Positions 1 to 8,871 of a stretch of 64,000 bases of DNA are shown here, piece by piece. Both the position numbers and the translations under genes were made by a program. The notes beneath the pieces are model-generated. The model ran no database searches and was not told where the DNA came from. It worked only from the letters and a program-made list of their open reading frames with translations. Source of the DNA: Candidatus Schekmanbacteria bacterium (GTDB taxonomy: Bacteria; CSSED10-310; JACPHN01); assembly GCA_016188575.1 (NCBI GenBank), contig JACPHN010000012.1, forward strand, positions 8,197 through 72,196, in the 5' to 3' direction. Position 1 is the first letter of the stretch. Every line of letters begins with the position of its first letter.

Positions 1-1187
1 CGCTCGACCGTTTCCGGACCGTGCTCCGCGCAGCGCTCGGCAAGCTCTTCCAGAGGGCGGCGAAACGCCTCCAGAGCGGACCCGGCGCTGGCCGCACCGG
101 CGCTCGCTCCGGCGGGCGGCGGCGAACAGTCGCCAACCAAGACCAGCAGACCCTGCTTTGTGGCTTCACGGGAAAGCTCGAGCGCCAGGCGCGTCTTGCC
201 GAGACCGCTCTCGCCCTCCAGGATCACGATGCCGCCACGTCCTTTCGTTGCCGAGGCAAGCGCCGAGTGCAAGGTCGCCAGCTCCGTCTCGCGTCCGGAG
301 ATTGCGGATCGCAGCAAGAAGCTCCGTGGGCTGGGCGACGCCCTGGTGGCAGGCGGGCGCGCGCCTAGCTCGACAAGCCTTTCTGCAACGTCCGCAGCAT
401 ATCCAGGCCGCTGATCCGGCTCCTTCGCCAGCAACGCGAGCAGCAGGGCGTCCAGTTCGGAGGGCAGGCACGGGTCAAGCGACGATGGCACCGGCGCAAC
501 TCCCCTGAGATGACCGCGTATGACCTCCCCAATCGTCGCTCCGCAGAACGGGGGTCGCCCTGTCAGCATCTCAAAAGCCACGCAGCCAAGCGAGTAGAGG
601 TCCGCGCGTGAGTCGACCAGCTCGCCGCGAATCTGCTCGGGTGACATGTAGCGAATGGTGCCGACGACTACACCGGCAAGCTCGAGATCTTCCTGACCCA
701 GGCGCCCCGAAAAGGACGTGGACAGCCCGAAGTCCACGAGCACCGGACTGCCGTCGAGCCGCACCAGGATATTCTCGGGCTTGAGGTCGCGATGCACCAG
801 GCCTTCACCATGCAAGTAGGCCAGCGTTTCGGCGAGCCGCATGACGATCCCCGTAATCCCTGCAATCCTCGCGGCGGCGGTTCTCTCCGTAGCGCGAACA
901 AGCGCGCAGTGATCGCGCAGGTCCCGCCCGTTCACATGCTCCATGGCATACCAGTGCACACCGCCGTCCATCCCGTGATCGATCACGCGAACGATTCCAG
1001 GATGGGAGAGTCTGGCGAGCGCGCGAATCTCCCGGCGAATCGCCGTCGTTTTCGCGGCGCCACAAGCAACCACGGTCTTGATGGCCACAGGTTCCGAATC
1101 GCTGTCGCGGCGGGCAAGATAGACGACGCCCTCGCCCCCGCGGCCGAGCGGGCGCACAACGGCATAAGGGCCAACAGTTTGCAACAT
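1..1187 (-). CDS. Ser/Thr protein kinase fused to STAND/AAA ATPase (3' end runs off the window)
   Basis: Absent from the ORF track because there is no stop in the window. Manual translation from ATG 1187: MLQTVGPYAVVRPLGRGGEGVVY..VAIK..HRDLKPEN..DFG..YMSPEQ, then Walker A GESGLGKT. Confidence 0.9.
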   Translation of the reverse strand, partial: MLQTVGPYAVVRPLGRGGEGVVYLARRDSDSEPVAIKTVVACGAAKTTAIRREIRALARLSHPGIVRVIDHGMDGGVHWYAMEHVNGRDLRDHCALVRATERTAAARIAGITGIVMRLAETLAYLHGEGLVHRDLKPENILVRLDGSPVLVDFGLSTSFSGRLGQEDLELAGVVVGTIRYMSPEQIRGELVDSRADLYSLGCVAFEMLTGRPPFCGATIGEVIRGHLRGVAPVPSSLDPCLPSELDALLLALLAKEPDQRPGYAADVAERLVELGARPPATRASPSPRSFLLRSAISGRETELATLHSALASATKGRGGIVILEGESGLGKTRLALELSREATKQGLLVLVGDCSPPPAGASAGAASAGSALEAFRRPLEELAERCAEHGPETVE

Positions 1188-1523
1188 GATGGGTAATGAT
1201 AGCCCAAGTCACGGATCGCTACCGCCTACCCGTGCGCTCGTCGCGTGAGCGGCGGGAGCAGCACCACGGTCGCGACGTGGCGTGCCACTGGTATTTCTCG
1301 GAAAGAGCCGGTATCATGGTTGACGTGGGGTGCCGCGCGGCCCGTGGTTTCGGAGGGGCAGGATGCGGGTGATCGAGCACCATATCCTGGTCTTGTGCGC
1401 CGGGCAGGCCGTGGGCGCGGACGCCGCTGCCGCTATGATGGGCTCCGCGGGCGGCCAGGCTCAGAGTGTCGGCTGGCCACCGCGAAACGGGGCGATCTTT
1501 CAGTTCTCAGCGAGAGGGAGAGC

Positions 1524-2891
1524 ATGTGGGGACGTAGCGCACTTGTAATTTCTATTGGTTTCCTTTTGTTCCTGTCCGCCGTTAGAAACCTGGACGCCGC
1601 TCCTCTCGACGCCCGGTTCACCTACCAGGGGTACCTCACGGACGGCGGCCTCGCCGCCAACGGAGCCTACGATCTGACGTTTTCGCTGTTCGACGCGAGC
1701 GCGGACGGGAACCAGATCGCTTCCACCGTCACCGTGGCCGATGTGACCGTCACAAATGGCACCTTCTCGACGGCGCTCGATTTCGGCGCCGGCGCGTTCA
1801 CGGGTGATGAGCGCTTCCTGGAAATCGCCGTCAGACAGGGCGCAAGCTCGGGAGCATACACCCCACTTTCGCCGCGCCATCGACTGGATGCCACGCCCCA
1901 CGCTCAGTTTGCCATCTCGGCCAACAGTGTGCCGTGGAGCGGCGTATCCGGCGTGCCAGCGGACCTGGCCGACGGTGACAATGACACGACCTACGCCGCT
2001 GGCCAGGGGTTGGCTCTGTCCGCAGGTGAGCTCAGCGCGTCGTTCGGCGGCACCGGCAGCGCGACCTCCGTGGCGCGCAGTGACCACGACCACGCCGGTA
2101 CCTACGCGGACTCCGGTCACGATCACGACGCGAGCTACTACACGGAGACCGAGCTCAACACCAGTGGAGCTGGAGGCCAGGTGCACTGGAACAATCTCAC
2201 CAGCGTGCCGTCCGGCCTTGCCGACGGCGACCAGGACACCACGTATTCGGCGGGCAACGGACTGACTTTGACCGGCACGACGTTCGCCGTCAGCTTTGCC
2301 GGCACCGGCGCCGCCACTACTGCCGCGCGCAGCGACCACGACCACAACTCCAGCTACTATACGGAGTCCGAGTCCGATTCACGCTTTGTCAACGCGACCG
2401 GCGACACCATGACGGGTAACCTCACGGTTCCAAAGGTGGCCTATTCCACTCCCCGCACGTGCTACTTTTCCGTCAGCGGTGAGCACTTCGTCACGTGGAC
2501 GAATTCCAACTACAGCAGTGGCGGTGGGAACGGCGGCGCGAACGGCCTGACGGGCCAGGATCACCTCGTCGCCGCGGCAAGCTTCCCGCAAGGTGCGGTG
2601 ATAACACAGCTCAAGCTCTACTACTACGATACGAGCGCTAATAATAATTTGACTGGTCGTCTGCTGTGCCTCTATTTTACAGGAGGGTACTCAATCCCAG
2701 CCACTGCTTATAGCTCAGGCTCCACTGGCTATGGTTCAAGCAGTACTGCGGCACCTTATACTATAGATAACACTGTACAGGCATGCTCCGTCGATGTTTT
2801 TCCTACCAGCGGAAACTGGGATGATGGAGGGAGCTATTCTCTAAAAGTCATGGGCGCCGTCATTACGTATACTGTATCCGAGGCGGACTAG
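1524..2891 (+). CDS. Secreted tail-fibre-like repeat protein
   Basis: Start at ATG 1524 after GAGGGAG. Signal peptide, then an FTYQGYL..GAYDLTFSLFD domain, two copies of a LADGD.DTTY.AG.GL...ARSDHDH unit with HxH motifs, and a C-terminal beta-rich head. Confidence 0.75.
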   Translation: MWGRSALVISIGFLLFLSAVRNLDAAPLDARFTYQGYLTDGGLAANGAYDLTFSLFDASADGNQIASTVTVADVTVTNGTFSTALDFGAGAFTGDERFLEIAVRQGASSGAYTPLSPRHRLDATPHAQFAISANSVPWSGVSGVPADLADGDNDTTYAAGQGLALSAGELSASFGGTGSATSVARSDHDHAGTYADSGHDHDASYYTETELNTSGAGGQVHWNNLTSVPSGLADGDQDTTYSAGNGLTLTGTTFAVSFAGTGAATTAARSDHDHNSSYYTESESDSRFVNATGDTMTGNLTVPKVAYSTPRTCYFSVSGEHFVTWTNSNYSSGGGNGGANGLTGQDHLVAAASFPQGAVITQLKLYYYDTSANNNLTGRLLCLYFTGGYSIPATAYSSGSTGYGSSSTAAPYTIDNTVQACSVDVFPTSGNWDDGGSYSLKVMGAVITYTVSEAD

Positions 2892-2918
2892 GCAATTCTT
2901 GAAGGCATTAACGAGGAC

Positions 2919-2956
2919 GATGGTTACGGCTGAGCCCTGCCGTGACCATCCTTTCT
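2919..2956 (+). terminator. Hairpin, probable intrinsic terminator
   Basis: GATGGTTACGGC / GCCGTGACCATC stem followed by CTTTCT, just after the stop at 2891. Confidence 0.5.
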
Positions 2957-2996
2957 GAAGTCGCTTGCTGAGTAGGGCGAGTAAGGAGGCTGAGCA

Positions 2997-3530
2997 ATGA
3001 AGAGCTCACGAAATTTCCCGTCAGTGTTACTTGTGCTGAGTGTTTTTCTGGCTGTTGCCGCCGCGGCTACTGCTTTTGCATCCGACACTACGGAGATCAA
3101 GACTGATCAGGGTGCGCAGGTGCAGGTGTCGGAGGATGGAAGCGTAAATCTCAGCGCCGGTGGGAACCAGGTCAAAGTGGACGCTGGAAGCGTCGAATTG
3201 TCCGGCGATAGCGAGGCTCCGGCGACCAGCACGGGCGCGGGCGCAACTCTGGCCATCGACGGCACGGGCAAGAAAATCGTCCATACATGTGACGCAACTC
3301 ACGCTCGGGCGATCGAGCTGTCGGGCTCAGGTCAGGCCCTCGAGCTCAAAGGCGAGTGTGAGCGGCTTGAAGTTTCGGGCACCAACAACACAGTGACCGC
3401 GGAGGCGCTGGGCGCGATCGAAGTGTCCGGAGTCGCCAACAAGGTCGCCTACAAGAAGGGCCTGGCGGAAAAGCTGCCGAAGATCGAGCAGTCCGGCTTG
3501 AATAACTCAGTGACGCAAATCACGGAGTAG
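2997..3530 (+). CDS. Secreted DUF3060-like protein
   Basis: AAGGAGG RBS and signal peptide. Repeated (L/I)E(V/L)SG..N.V beta motif with C..C, ending SGLNNSV. Confidence 0.7.
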   Translation: MKSSRNFPSVLLVLSVFLAVAAAATAFASDTTEIKTDQGAQVQVSEDGSVNLSAGGNQVKVDAGSVELSGDSEAPATSTGAGATLAIDGTGKKIVHTCDATHARAIELSGSGQALELKGECERLEVSGTNNTVTAEALGAIEVSGVANKVAYKKGLAEKLPKIEQSGLNNSVTQITE

Positions 3531-3624
3531 CGCCGCCGGCGGCACTGCGACCTGCGCACGGTCGCGAGGACGCTGGCAAGCAGAGGTGGAGACGGCGAGT
3601 CGTCCCGGCGCAGCAGGCGCGGGA

Positions 3625-4797
3625 TCACTCGTCGAATTCGTGGCCGTCCACTTCCACTCCCGTGGCCAGCCATCGCTTGGCCGCCTCGCGGCCTGCTTCA
3701 TACATGGCTGTCATCGCCTCTCGCTCGAAGTAGAGATACGATCCGGCGTCGAATAGATAACCGGGTCGCGGGCGAATCTCGCGGAAAAGATTAACGCGAT
3801 CGAGGCTTAGCTCGGGAACCAGCGCCGCCAGTGCGTTTCGGTCCAGCAATAGCTTCCGATCGATATTGTACGCGTTTTCCAGAAACGCATCCGCCAGGCG
3901 CTCAATGGCCCCGCCGAAGGTTGCCAGCGAGTCGCCGTTCTTGTGCTCGCGAACTGTGACCAGTACGGGGACGATACGCCGGGCGCCGAGCGATACCGCC
4001 GGGGCCAGCGGGGTATTCACCAGGAGGCCGCCATCCCAAAGCTCCCGCCGGCCAATCCTTACGGGATTGAAGAGAACCGGAATCGAGGCACTTGCAATGA
4101 TCATGTCGAGCGAGATCGTTGGGCTGTAGAGGTAGTGCCGGGCAGCGGCCGCATCGCGTTTCTTGGGCGGGTAGTTGACGATGCGGACGACGCCGCCGTC
4201 TTTGGCGTCCACCGTGTTGATGGCCAGTCGTGTCGTCGTTTGCTTCAGCTCAGGAGCGCCAATGGCGCGCTGCAACCGAATCCGCAGCTCATCCGTATTG
4301 AACAGGTACGAAGCGCGGATGTGCTCGAGAATGAAGCTGATCGTGTCGAAGCGCGCCGTCATGAGATATTGGAGCAGCAGCGCGCAACACTCGCTCGGCA
4401 AGTACCATCGGTGCTTCGCGAACAGCCGGCGCAGAATCGATATCTCGCGGGCACGCTTGCTGAGCGGGCGCGTGGGTTCGATGAGCAAGACCTCCTTCAG
4501 CGCTTGGAGGAGGGTGGCGAAGAAGGAGTGATTGGCGATCACCGGCGGGTCGTCGGCCAGCTCAAGCCAGAAGCTCAGCATCTGGTCCGGATCAAGGCCG
4601 GCGGCGATAAGCGCGCCGTTCAGGGCTCCGGCCGAGGTCCCACTCACCACTTCAGGCGCCCTCTCCAGACCCCGGGGATCGCGGCGCAAGACTTCGTACA
4701 CGCCGACCTGAAACGCCCCCCGTGCGCCACCACCGGACAAGACCAGACCGATCGGCTGGTCTTCGTTTGCTCGCAAGTCCACATCCGCCTGGCGCAT
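3625..4797 (-). CDS. Patatin-like phospholipase
   Basis: GGGARG, GTSAG nucleophile elbow and DGG motifs. Start at ATG 4797 with GGAGG upstream. Confidence 0.9.
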   Translation of the reverse strand: MRQADVDLRANEDQPIGLVLSGGGARGAFQVGVYEVLRRDPRGLERAPEVVSGTSAGALNGALIAAGLDPDQMLSFWLELADDPPVIANHSFFATLLQALKEVLLIEPTRPLSKRAREISILRRLFAKHRWYLPSECCALLLQYLMTARFDTISFILEHIRASYLFNTDELRIRLQRAIGAPELKQTTTRLAINTVDAKDGGVVRIVNYPPKKRDAAAARHYLYSPTISLDMIIASASIPVLFNPVRIGRRELWDGGLLVNTPLAPAVSLGARRIVPVLVTVREHKNGDSLATFGGAIERLADAFLENAYNIDRKLLLDRNALAALVPELSLDRVNLFREIRPRPGYLFDAGSYLYFEREAMTAMYEAGREAAKRWLATGVEVDGHEFDE

Positions 4798-4974
4798 CCG
4801 TTGTGCCTCCTCCGCTTCTCTGCCCAACCGTGGGAACGCCACCTCAGCCGCACTGTATATACCGCGCACCTCGGACCCAGCCGTCTACGATACATCGCCG
4901 CGCCGCTCCCGGCAAGGAGGCTTGGCGGCGATCATGGTCGCGCCAAGCAGCGCGGTTGTCGCAAAGCCGTGGAG

Positions 4975-5235
4975 TCAGGCCACCGTCAAGACCGGCCGCG
5001 CATTGCGCCAGTACCCGCAGACGACGCGGTCGCAATATGCCACGTGGGTCTCTCCGCTCGCGTCGCGCGCGACGGCCAGAATGCTTACCCCGCACGCGGG
5101 GCACCGCTCGGTGGATGCGAGGCCGCTCGCGCCGGTGCGCGCGGCGTGCTCGAGCGATAGCCTCCAGAAGTACTGAATCCGCAGGCGGTTCAGCGTCCTC
5201 GCTTCGAATAGGCTTCGTTGTGAGTATCGCACCAT
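4975..5235 (-). CDS. Possible small Cys-rich (zinc-ribbon-like) hypothetical protein
   Basis: C-terminal part of ORF 4975..5682, with CPAC and CxxxxC motifs. Weak support. Confidence 0.25.
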   Translation of the reverse strand: MVRYSQRSLFEARTLNRLRIQYFWRLSLEHAARTGASGLASTERCPACGVSILAVARDASGETHVAYCDRVVCGYWRNARPVLTVA

Positions 5236-5335
5236 CGTTTTCGAACCGGACTTGCTGCAGAGGCCGGCAAAAGCGTAGCATTGCTGGGCACACGAAATCC
5301 AGCCGGCCACGCGACCGTCACCGGCTGGCAGCAGC

Positions 5336-6331
5336 CTAGATGGAGGAGGGGGCATGCAGACTCCGCCGCTTTGCAATCTGTGTGACCGCGGCGTACCATT
5401 CTGACCACGAGAGCGTGCGATTCGCGACACTCGCGCCGCGCTGATCGGTGTCAACGGCATCCAGGGCAAGCCGCGCCGCCAATTGGGCCACGAGCTCTCG
5501 ATGAGCGACCTTGGTGGGAAGCTGTCGATGGGCACTGTCGCGAAGCTCCTTGAACGAGAGGCGGCCGTCTCGATTCGCCGCATCGATCCGGTCGAACTGG
5601 CGCCGCGCCGCCGCACGCACCTGCTCAACGGAGGATGTCTTCCCAACTCCGGGCGCCAGCGTTTGCAGGATGCGTAGCTCAAACGTTTGAAATTCGTTCC
5701 AGGTGACCCGGCCGTCGCCGTTCTTGTCCAGCTCTTTCAGCAGCGCCGCCGCCGCGCCATCCAACTTCTTCCCGCGAAACCATTCTCCCTCAGCGAAGCG
5801 AAGATCTCGATCGAGATACCGGCGCAGCTCGGCAAGGCCAAAGGTCTGATTTGCGGTTTTCGCTCCGCGCGAGCCGGCCCCAAGAATCCTGTTGAAAACT
5901 CGTCCTACTGGACCATTGACGGACTGTCCGGGATTGGTCGTGGCACAGTTTCCACTCACCGATTGAGGCTCCCCAGCGCTTTCGGGTGCTCTGGCGGGCT
6001 CGCCGCTGGCTGGTGTCGAGCCGGAGCTTTCCTTCTCGAGCCGCGACCCGGCCACCGGCGTGGGGCGTGAGGACCGGGCTGCCAGGGCGCTGACATCGAC
6101 AGCATGCCGCTGGGCGGCTGCGTTCGCAGCGGCCCCGTGCGGCCTGCCAACAGCAGTGAGCAGCCCAAGCTGCTCTCGCTGCTGAGGGAGCGCAGCGTCC
6201 TCCCTGATCAGCTCCACGCCGGCGGCGGTGAGTGGCGCGATGCCCCTGATGGGCTCCGGCGACACGGGTTCCTCGCCAATACGATGATAGTAGTGTCCTG
6301 CGGCAGTGATGGCACGAGTGATCATCTTCAT
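5336..6331 (-). CDS. EF-hand domain protein
   Basis: EF-hand-like loops DKNGDGRVTWNEF and DAANRDGRLSFKEL. Low-complexity N-terminus. GGAG precedes ATG 6331/6325. Confidence 0.7.
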   Translation of the reverse strand: MKMITRAITAAGHYYHRIGEEPVSPEPIRGIAPLTAAGVELIREDAALPQQREQLGLLTAVGRPHGAAANAAAQRHAVDVSALAARSSRPTPVAGSRLEKESSGSTPASGEPARAPESAGEPQSVSGNCATTNPGQSVNGPVGRVFNRILGAGSRGAKTANQTFGLAELRRYLDRDLRFAEGEWFRGKKLDGAAAALLKELDKNGDGRVTWNEFQTFELRILQTLAPGVGKTSSVEQVRAAARRQFDRIDAANRDGRLSFKELRDSAHRQLPTKVAHRELVAQLAARLALDAVDTDQRGASVANRTLSWSEWYAAVTQIAKRRSLHAPSSI

Positions 6332-6553
6332 GCTCCGTGGTGATGACAGTTTGCTCGCGGTTTCTGGGGGGATTACGACAGAGGTCGGTGGCGTATTCAC
6401 AGGGTCGCGTCTTGGTCAGCGACACTCAGGGCCGAGGCAATGGACAGACGCTTGACTTCGGCCGCAGGCAAGCCATACGAATGGCCAGCAAGGTGACGCG
6501 ACCTCGTGTCTGCCCCCCTTTTTTCCGGAAGTGCAATGGTTCGCGGTGGTTTC

Positions 6554-7132
6554 ATGGAAACGCAGTGGAAATGTGGACGTGTACATATCCTGGCGGCCAT
6601 AGCAGCGGCACTTGCCGCCGCGGCGCTCATGACCCCGGAACCGGAGCAGAGCGCGCTGACGGCGTGGTTTTTCCCGGGTGCCCCCGGCGCCAGCGCATCT
6701 CCTTCCGCTCGGCGCGTTTCCGGCTCCGCTGGCTACCGGGAGCTGCGCGGCGCGCTACTGGCGCAACTTGATCGGCTACCGGTCAAGGAGCAGGACGGTA
6801 GCGAGCGACCTGTCGTGCTGAGCCCGACCGCGATCGCCGGCGATTACGTCGGCGTTGTCGCGCCGCCGCTGAGCGGCCAGACTGCGCAGCAGCAGCTCGA
6901 GGCACTGGATGAGATGACCGCTGCACCGATCGAGAAGCTCATTTCGCTGTTTCCGGATCTGCGCGAGTCGGGTGACGGCACCGCGGCCGACCGCGAAGTG
7001 ATGGCGCGAGCGCGGGTAGCGGCTCTCGTAGCGTTGCTCGAGCTTGACGGCCACCGCACCCGGGCGGCGCGGGCAAGTGGCTTCGAGCCGCGCGAAGCCG
7101 TAGCCGGCACCGGCAACTCCCCGCCGCAATAA
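6554..7132 (+). CDS. Hypothetical protein with N-terminal hydrophobic segment
   Basis: ORF with GC3-biased codons and an ILAAIAAALAAAAL anchor/signal segment. Confidence 0.5.
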   Translation: METQWKCGRVHILAAIAAALAAAALMTPEPEQSALTAWFFPGAPGASASPSARRVSGSAGYRELRGALLAQLDRLPVKEQDGSERPVVLSPTAIAGDYVGVVAPPLSGQTAQQQLEALDEMTAAPIEKLISLFPDLRESGDGTAADREVMARARVAALVALLELDGHRTRAARASGFEPREAVAGTGNSPPQ

Positions 7133-7177
7133 GGCCAATGGCGCCAGCGCGCCGCCTTGGCGGGCGATCGGAAGGCT

Positions 7178-7304
7178 CCCGGATTCGTCACCTGCAGGCT
7201 GTGCGAAAAGCACATCACGAAGACGCCGCACCTCACCTCCCCCCGCACGCGGAGGGAGGGTGGGGGGCGCTGAGGCGCAGATGCGGACCGGCGGTGGATC
7301 CAGG
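7178..7304 (+). repeat. Dispersed inverted-repeat element (MITE/REP-like), copy A
   Basis: Shares CATCACGAAGAC..CTCACC..GGAGGG..GGCGGTGGAT with the copies at 32003 and 41788. Confidence 0.75.
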
Positions 7305-7319
7305 GAGCTTCGGGTCTCC

Positions 7320-7348
7320 TTGACACCAGCCTCATCCGGTGGTATAAT
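7320..7348 (+). promoter_or_regulatory. Sigma70 promoter, perfect consensus
   Basis: TTGACA (7320-7325), 17-bp spacer ending TGG, TATAAT (7343-7348). Confidence 0.85.
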
Positions 7349-7420
7349 CGAGTTTATTCTCGCGTAGCTTTCATCTGCTACGCCCCGCATGACCTCATAC
7401 CTCGGGAAAGGAGGCTGTTT

Positions 7421-7480
7421 ATGGTGCGCAGAGAATATGCAGGATTCGCCCCCAGCCTCGTATCGAGGTCGGTGCGCTAA
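7421..7480 (+). CDS. Putative rsgA leader peptide MVRREYAGFAPSLVSRSVR
   Basis: AAAGGAGG RBS 6 nt before the ATG. Lies between the perfect promoter and rsgA in a structured leader. Confidence 0.55.
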   Translation: MVRREYAGFAPSLVSRSVR

Positions 7481-7582
7481 CCGGGGTCTTGCGCCCACTG
7501 ATGCGGTGGGAATACACATTCCGGTTCGCGGCTCCGGCTTTCGCCATTCATGACATGTTCGCTGAACCGGAGTGTACTCGAA

Positions 7583-8664
7583 TTGGATCTCACCAATCTG
7601 GGCTGGTGCCCGCAGTTTTGCTCGCAGTTCGACACCTTTCGCGCTGAAGGATTCCTCCCGGCGCGGATTGGGTGTGAGTATCAGCACATCTACACCATTT
7701 TCAGTGACGCCGGCATCCTCTCCGCGCGCGTCTCGGGCCGCTTCCGTCATCGCGCCGATGATCGCTCGGATTTTCCCGTAGTCGGCGATTGGGTTGCGGT
7801 CGAGCTCTCGAGCCTCCGCGATCAAGCAACCATCCATGCGACTCTACCGCGGCGAACTTCCGTTTGCCGAAAAGTCGCGCCGGCAACGTGACCGATCGCC
7901 AGGTCATCGTCGCCAACATCGACGTGCTTTTCATCGTCTGCGCACTCGACTTCGACTTCAACATCAGAAGGATCGAGCGATATCTCGCCGTTGCCCGCGA
8001 AAGTGGCGCCGAGCCTGTCGTCGTCCTCAACAAGGCCGACCTCGTCGCCGACCCGGCCGCATTCGTGCAAAAGGTCTCGCAGACCGCTCCCGAAGCGCCG
8101 GTTCTCGTCATGTCCGCCCTGGAGGGAGCGGGAATCGACCAGCTTGGTCACTACTTGAGCCGTGGCAAGACCGGTGCTCTGCTCGGATCGTCGGGCGTTG
8201 GAAAATCGACCATCCTCAACAGCATGATGGGGCTGGAGCTTCAGGAAACCAACTCCGTGCGGAGCTCGGATGGGCGCGGCCGCCACACCACCACGTCGCG
8301 CGCCCTCGTGCCCTTGCAAAACGGCGGTGCCATCATCGACAACCCGGGCATGCGGGAAGTTCAAGTGTGGTGCGAAGACGAGAGCATAGACGCCGTCTTC
8401 GACGACATCGAGGCGCTCTCCGAGGACTGTCGATTCAGCGATTGCTCGCATACTGTCGAACCGGGGTGCGCGATTCTCGCCGCCGTGGGCGCCGGAGCAA
8501 TCGATGGGGAACGCCTCGGGAACTATCGGAAACTCCAGCGCGAAGCGGCGTTCCTGGCACGCCGCCAGGACCAGCGCGCAAGGCTGGACGAAAAAAGGCG
8601 TGTCAAGCAGATCACCAAGCGGTTCGAGCGCCGAGCTCGATCGGCCAACCGGGGCGGCGCGTAA
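7583..8664 (+). pseudogene. rsgA: Ribosome small subunit-dependent GTPase A, split by a -1 frameshift at ~7868-7882
   Basis: N-terminal half (DLTNLGW..PVVGDWV..LPRRT..RKVA) stops at 7891. The C-terminal half (ANID, NKAD, GSSGVGKST, GRHTTT, DNPG, CRFSDCSH..EPGC) is in the -1 frame. Confidence 0.85.
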
Positions 8665-8871
8665 GCACCGCCGGCCGCTAGCCCGCCGGTGGACGCCCCG
8701 CGCCGCCGGCGGCCCCGGCGGCTGCCGATCGCCGGTCACATACGGGGCCGGCTTCCCCAAGCGATGCAGCACGGACAACAGTTGCGCCTTGGCACCCGAT
8801 AACTGTTCCGAAAATACCCCGCTCGTAAACGCGAGAGAAAAGCCACGCCAGGCGAGGAAAGGAATCTACCG

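Noticed and set aside
1245-1523. Extended N-termini in the ORF track (1245, 4869, 17015, 19995, 21324, 33859, 41763, 51702, 60071)
   Set aside because: Downstream starts have better RBSs, signal peptides or gene overlaps, and the extensions overlap promoters or neighbouring genes.
2590-2891. Diversity-generating retroelement variable region in the fibre tip
   Set aside because: No template repeat or reverse transcriptase is seen in the window. The change is a broad compositional shift, not adenine-specific variation between two copies.
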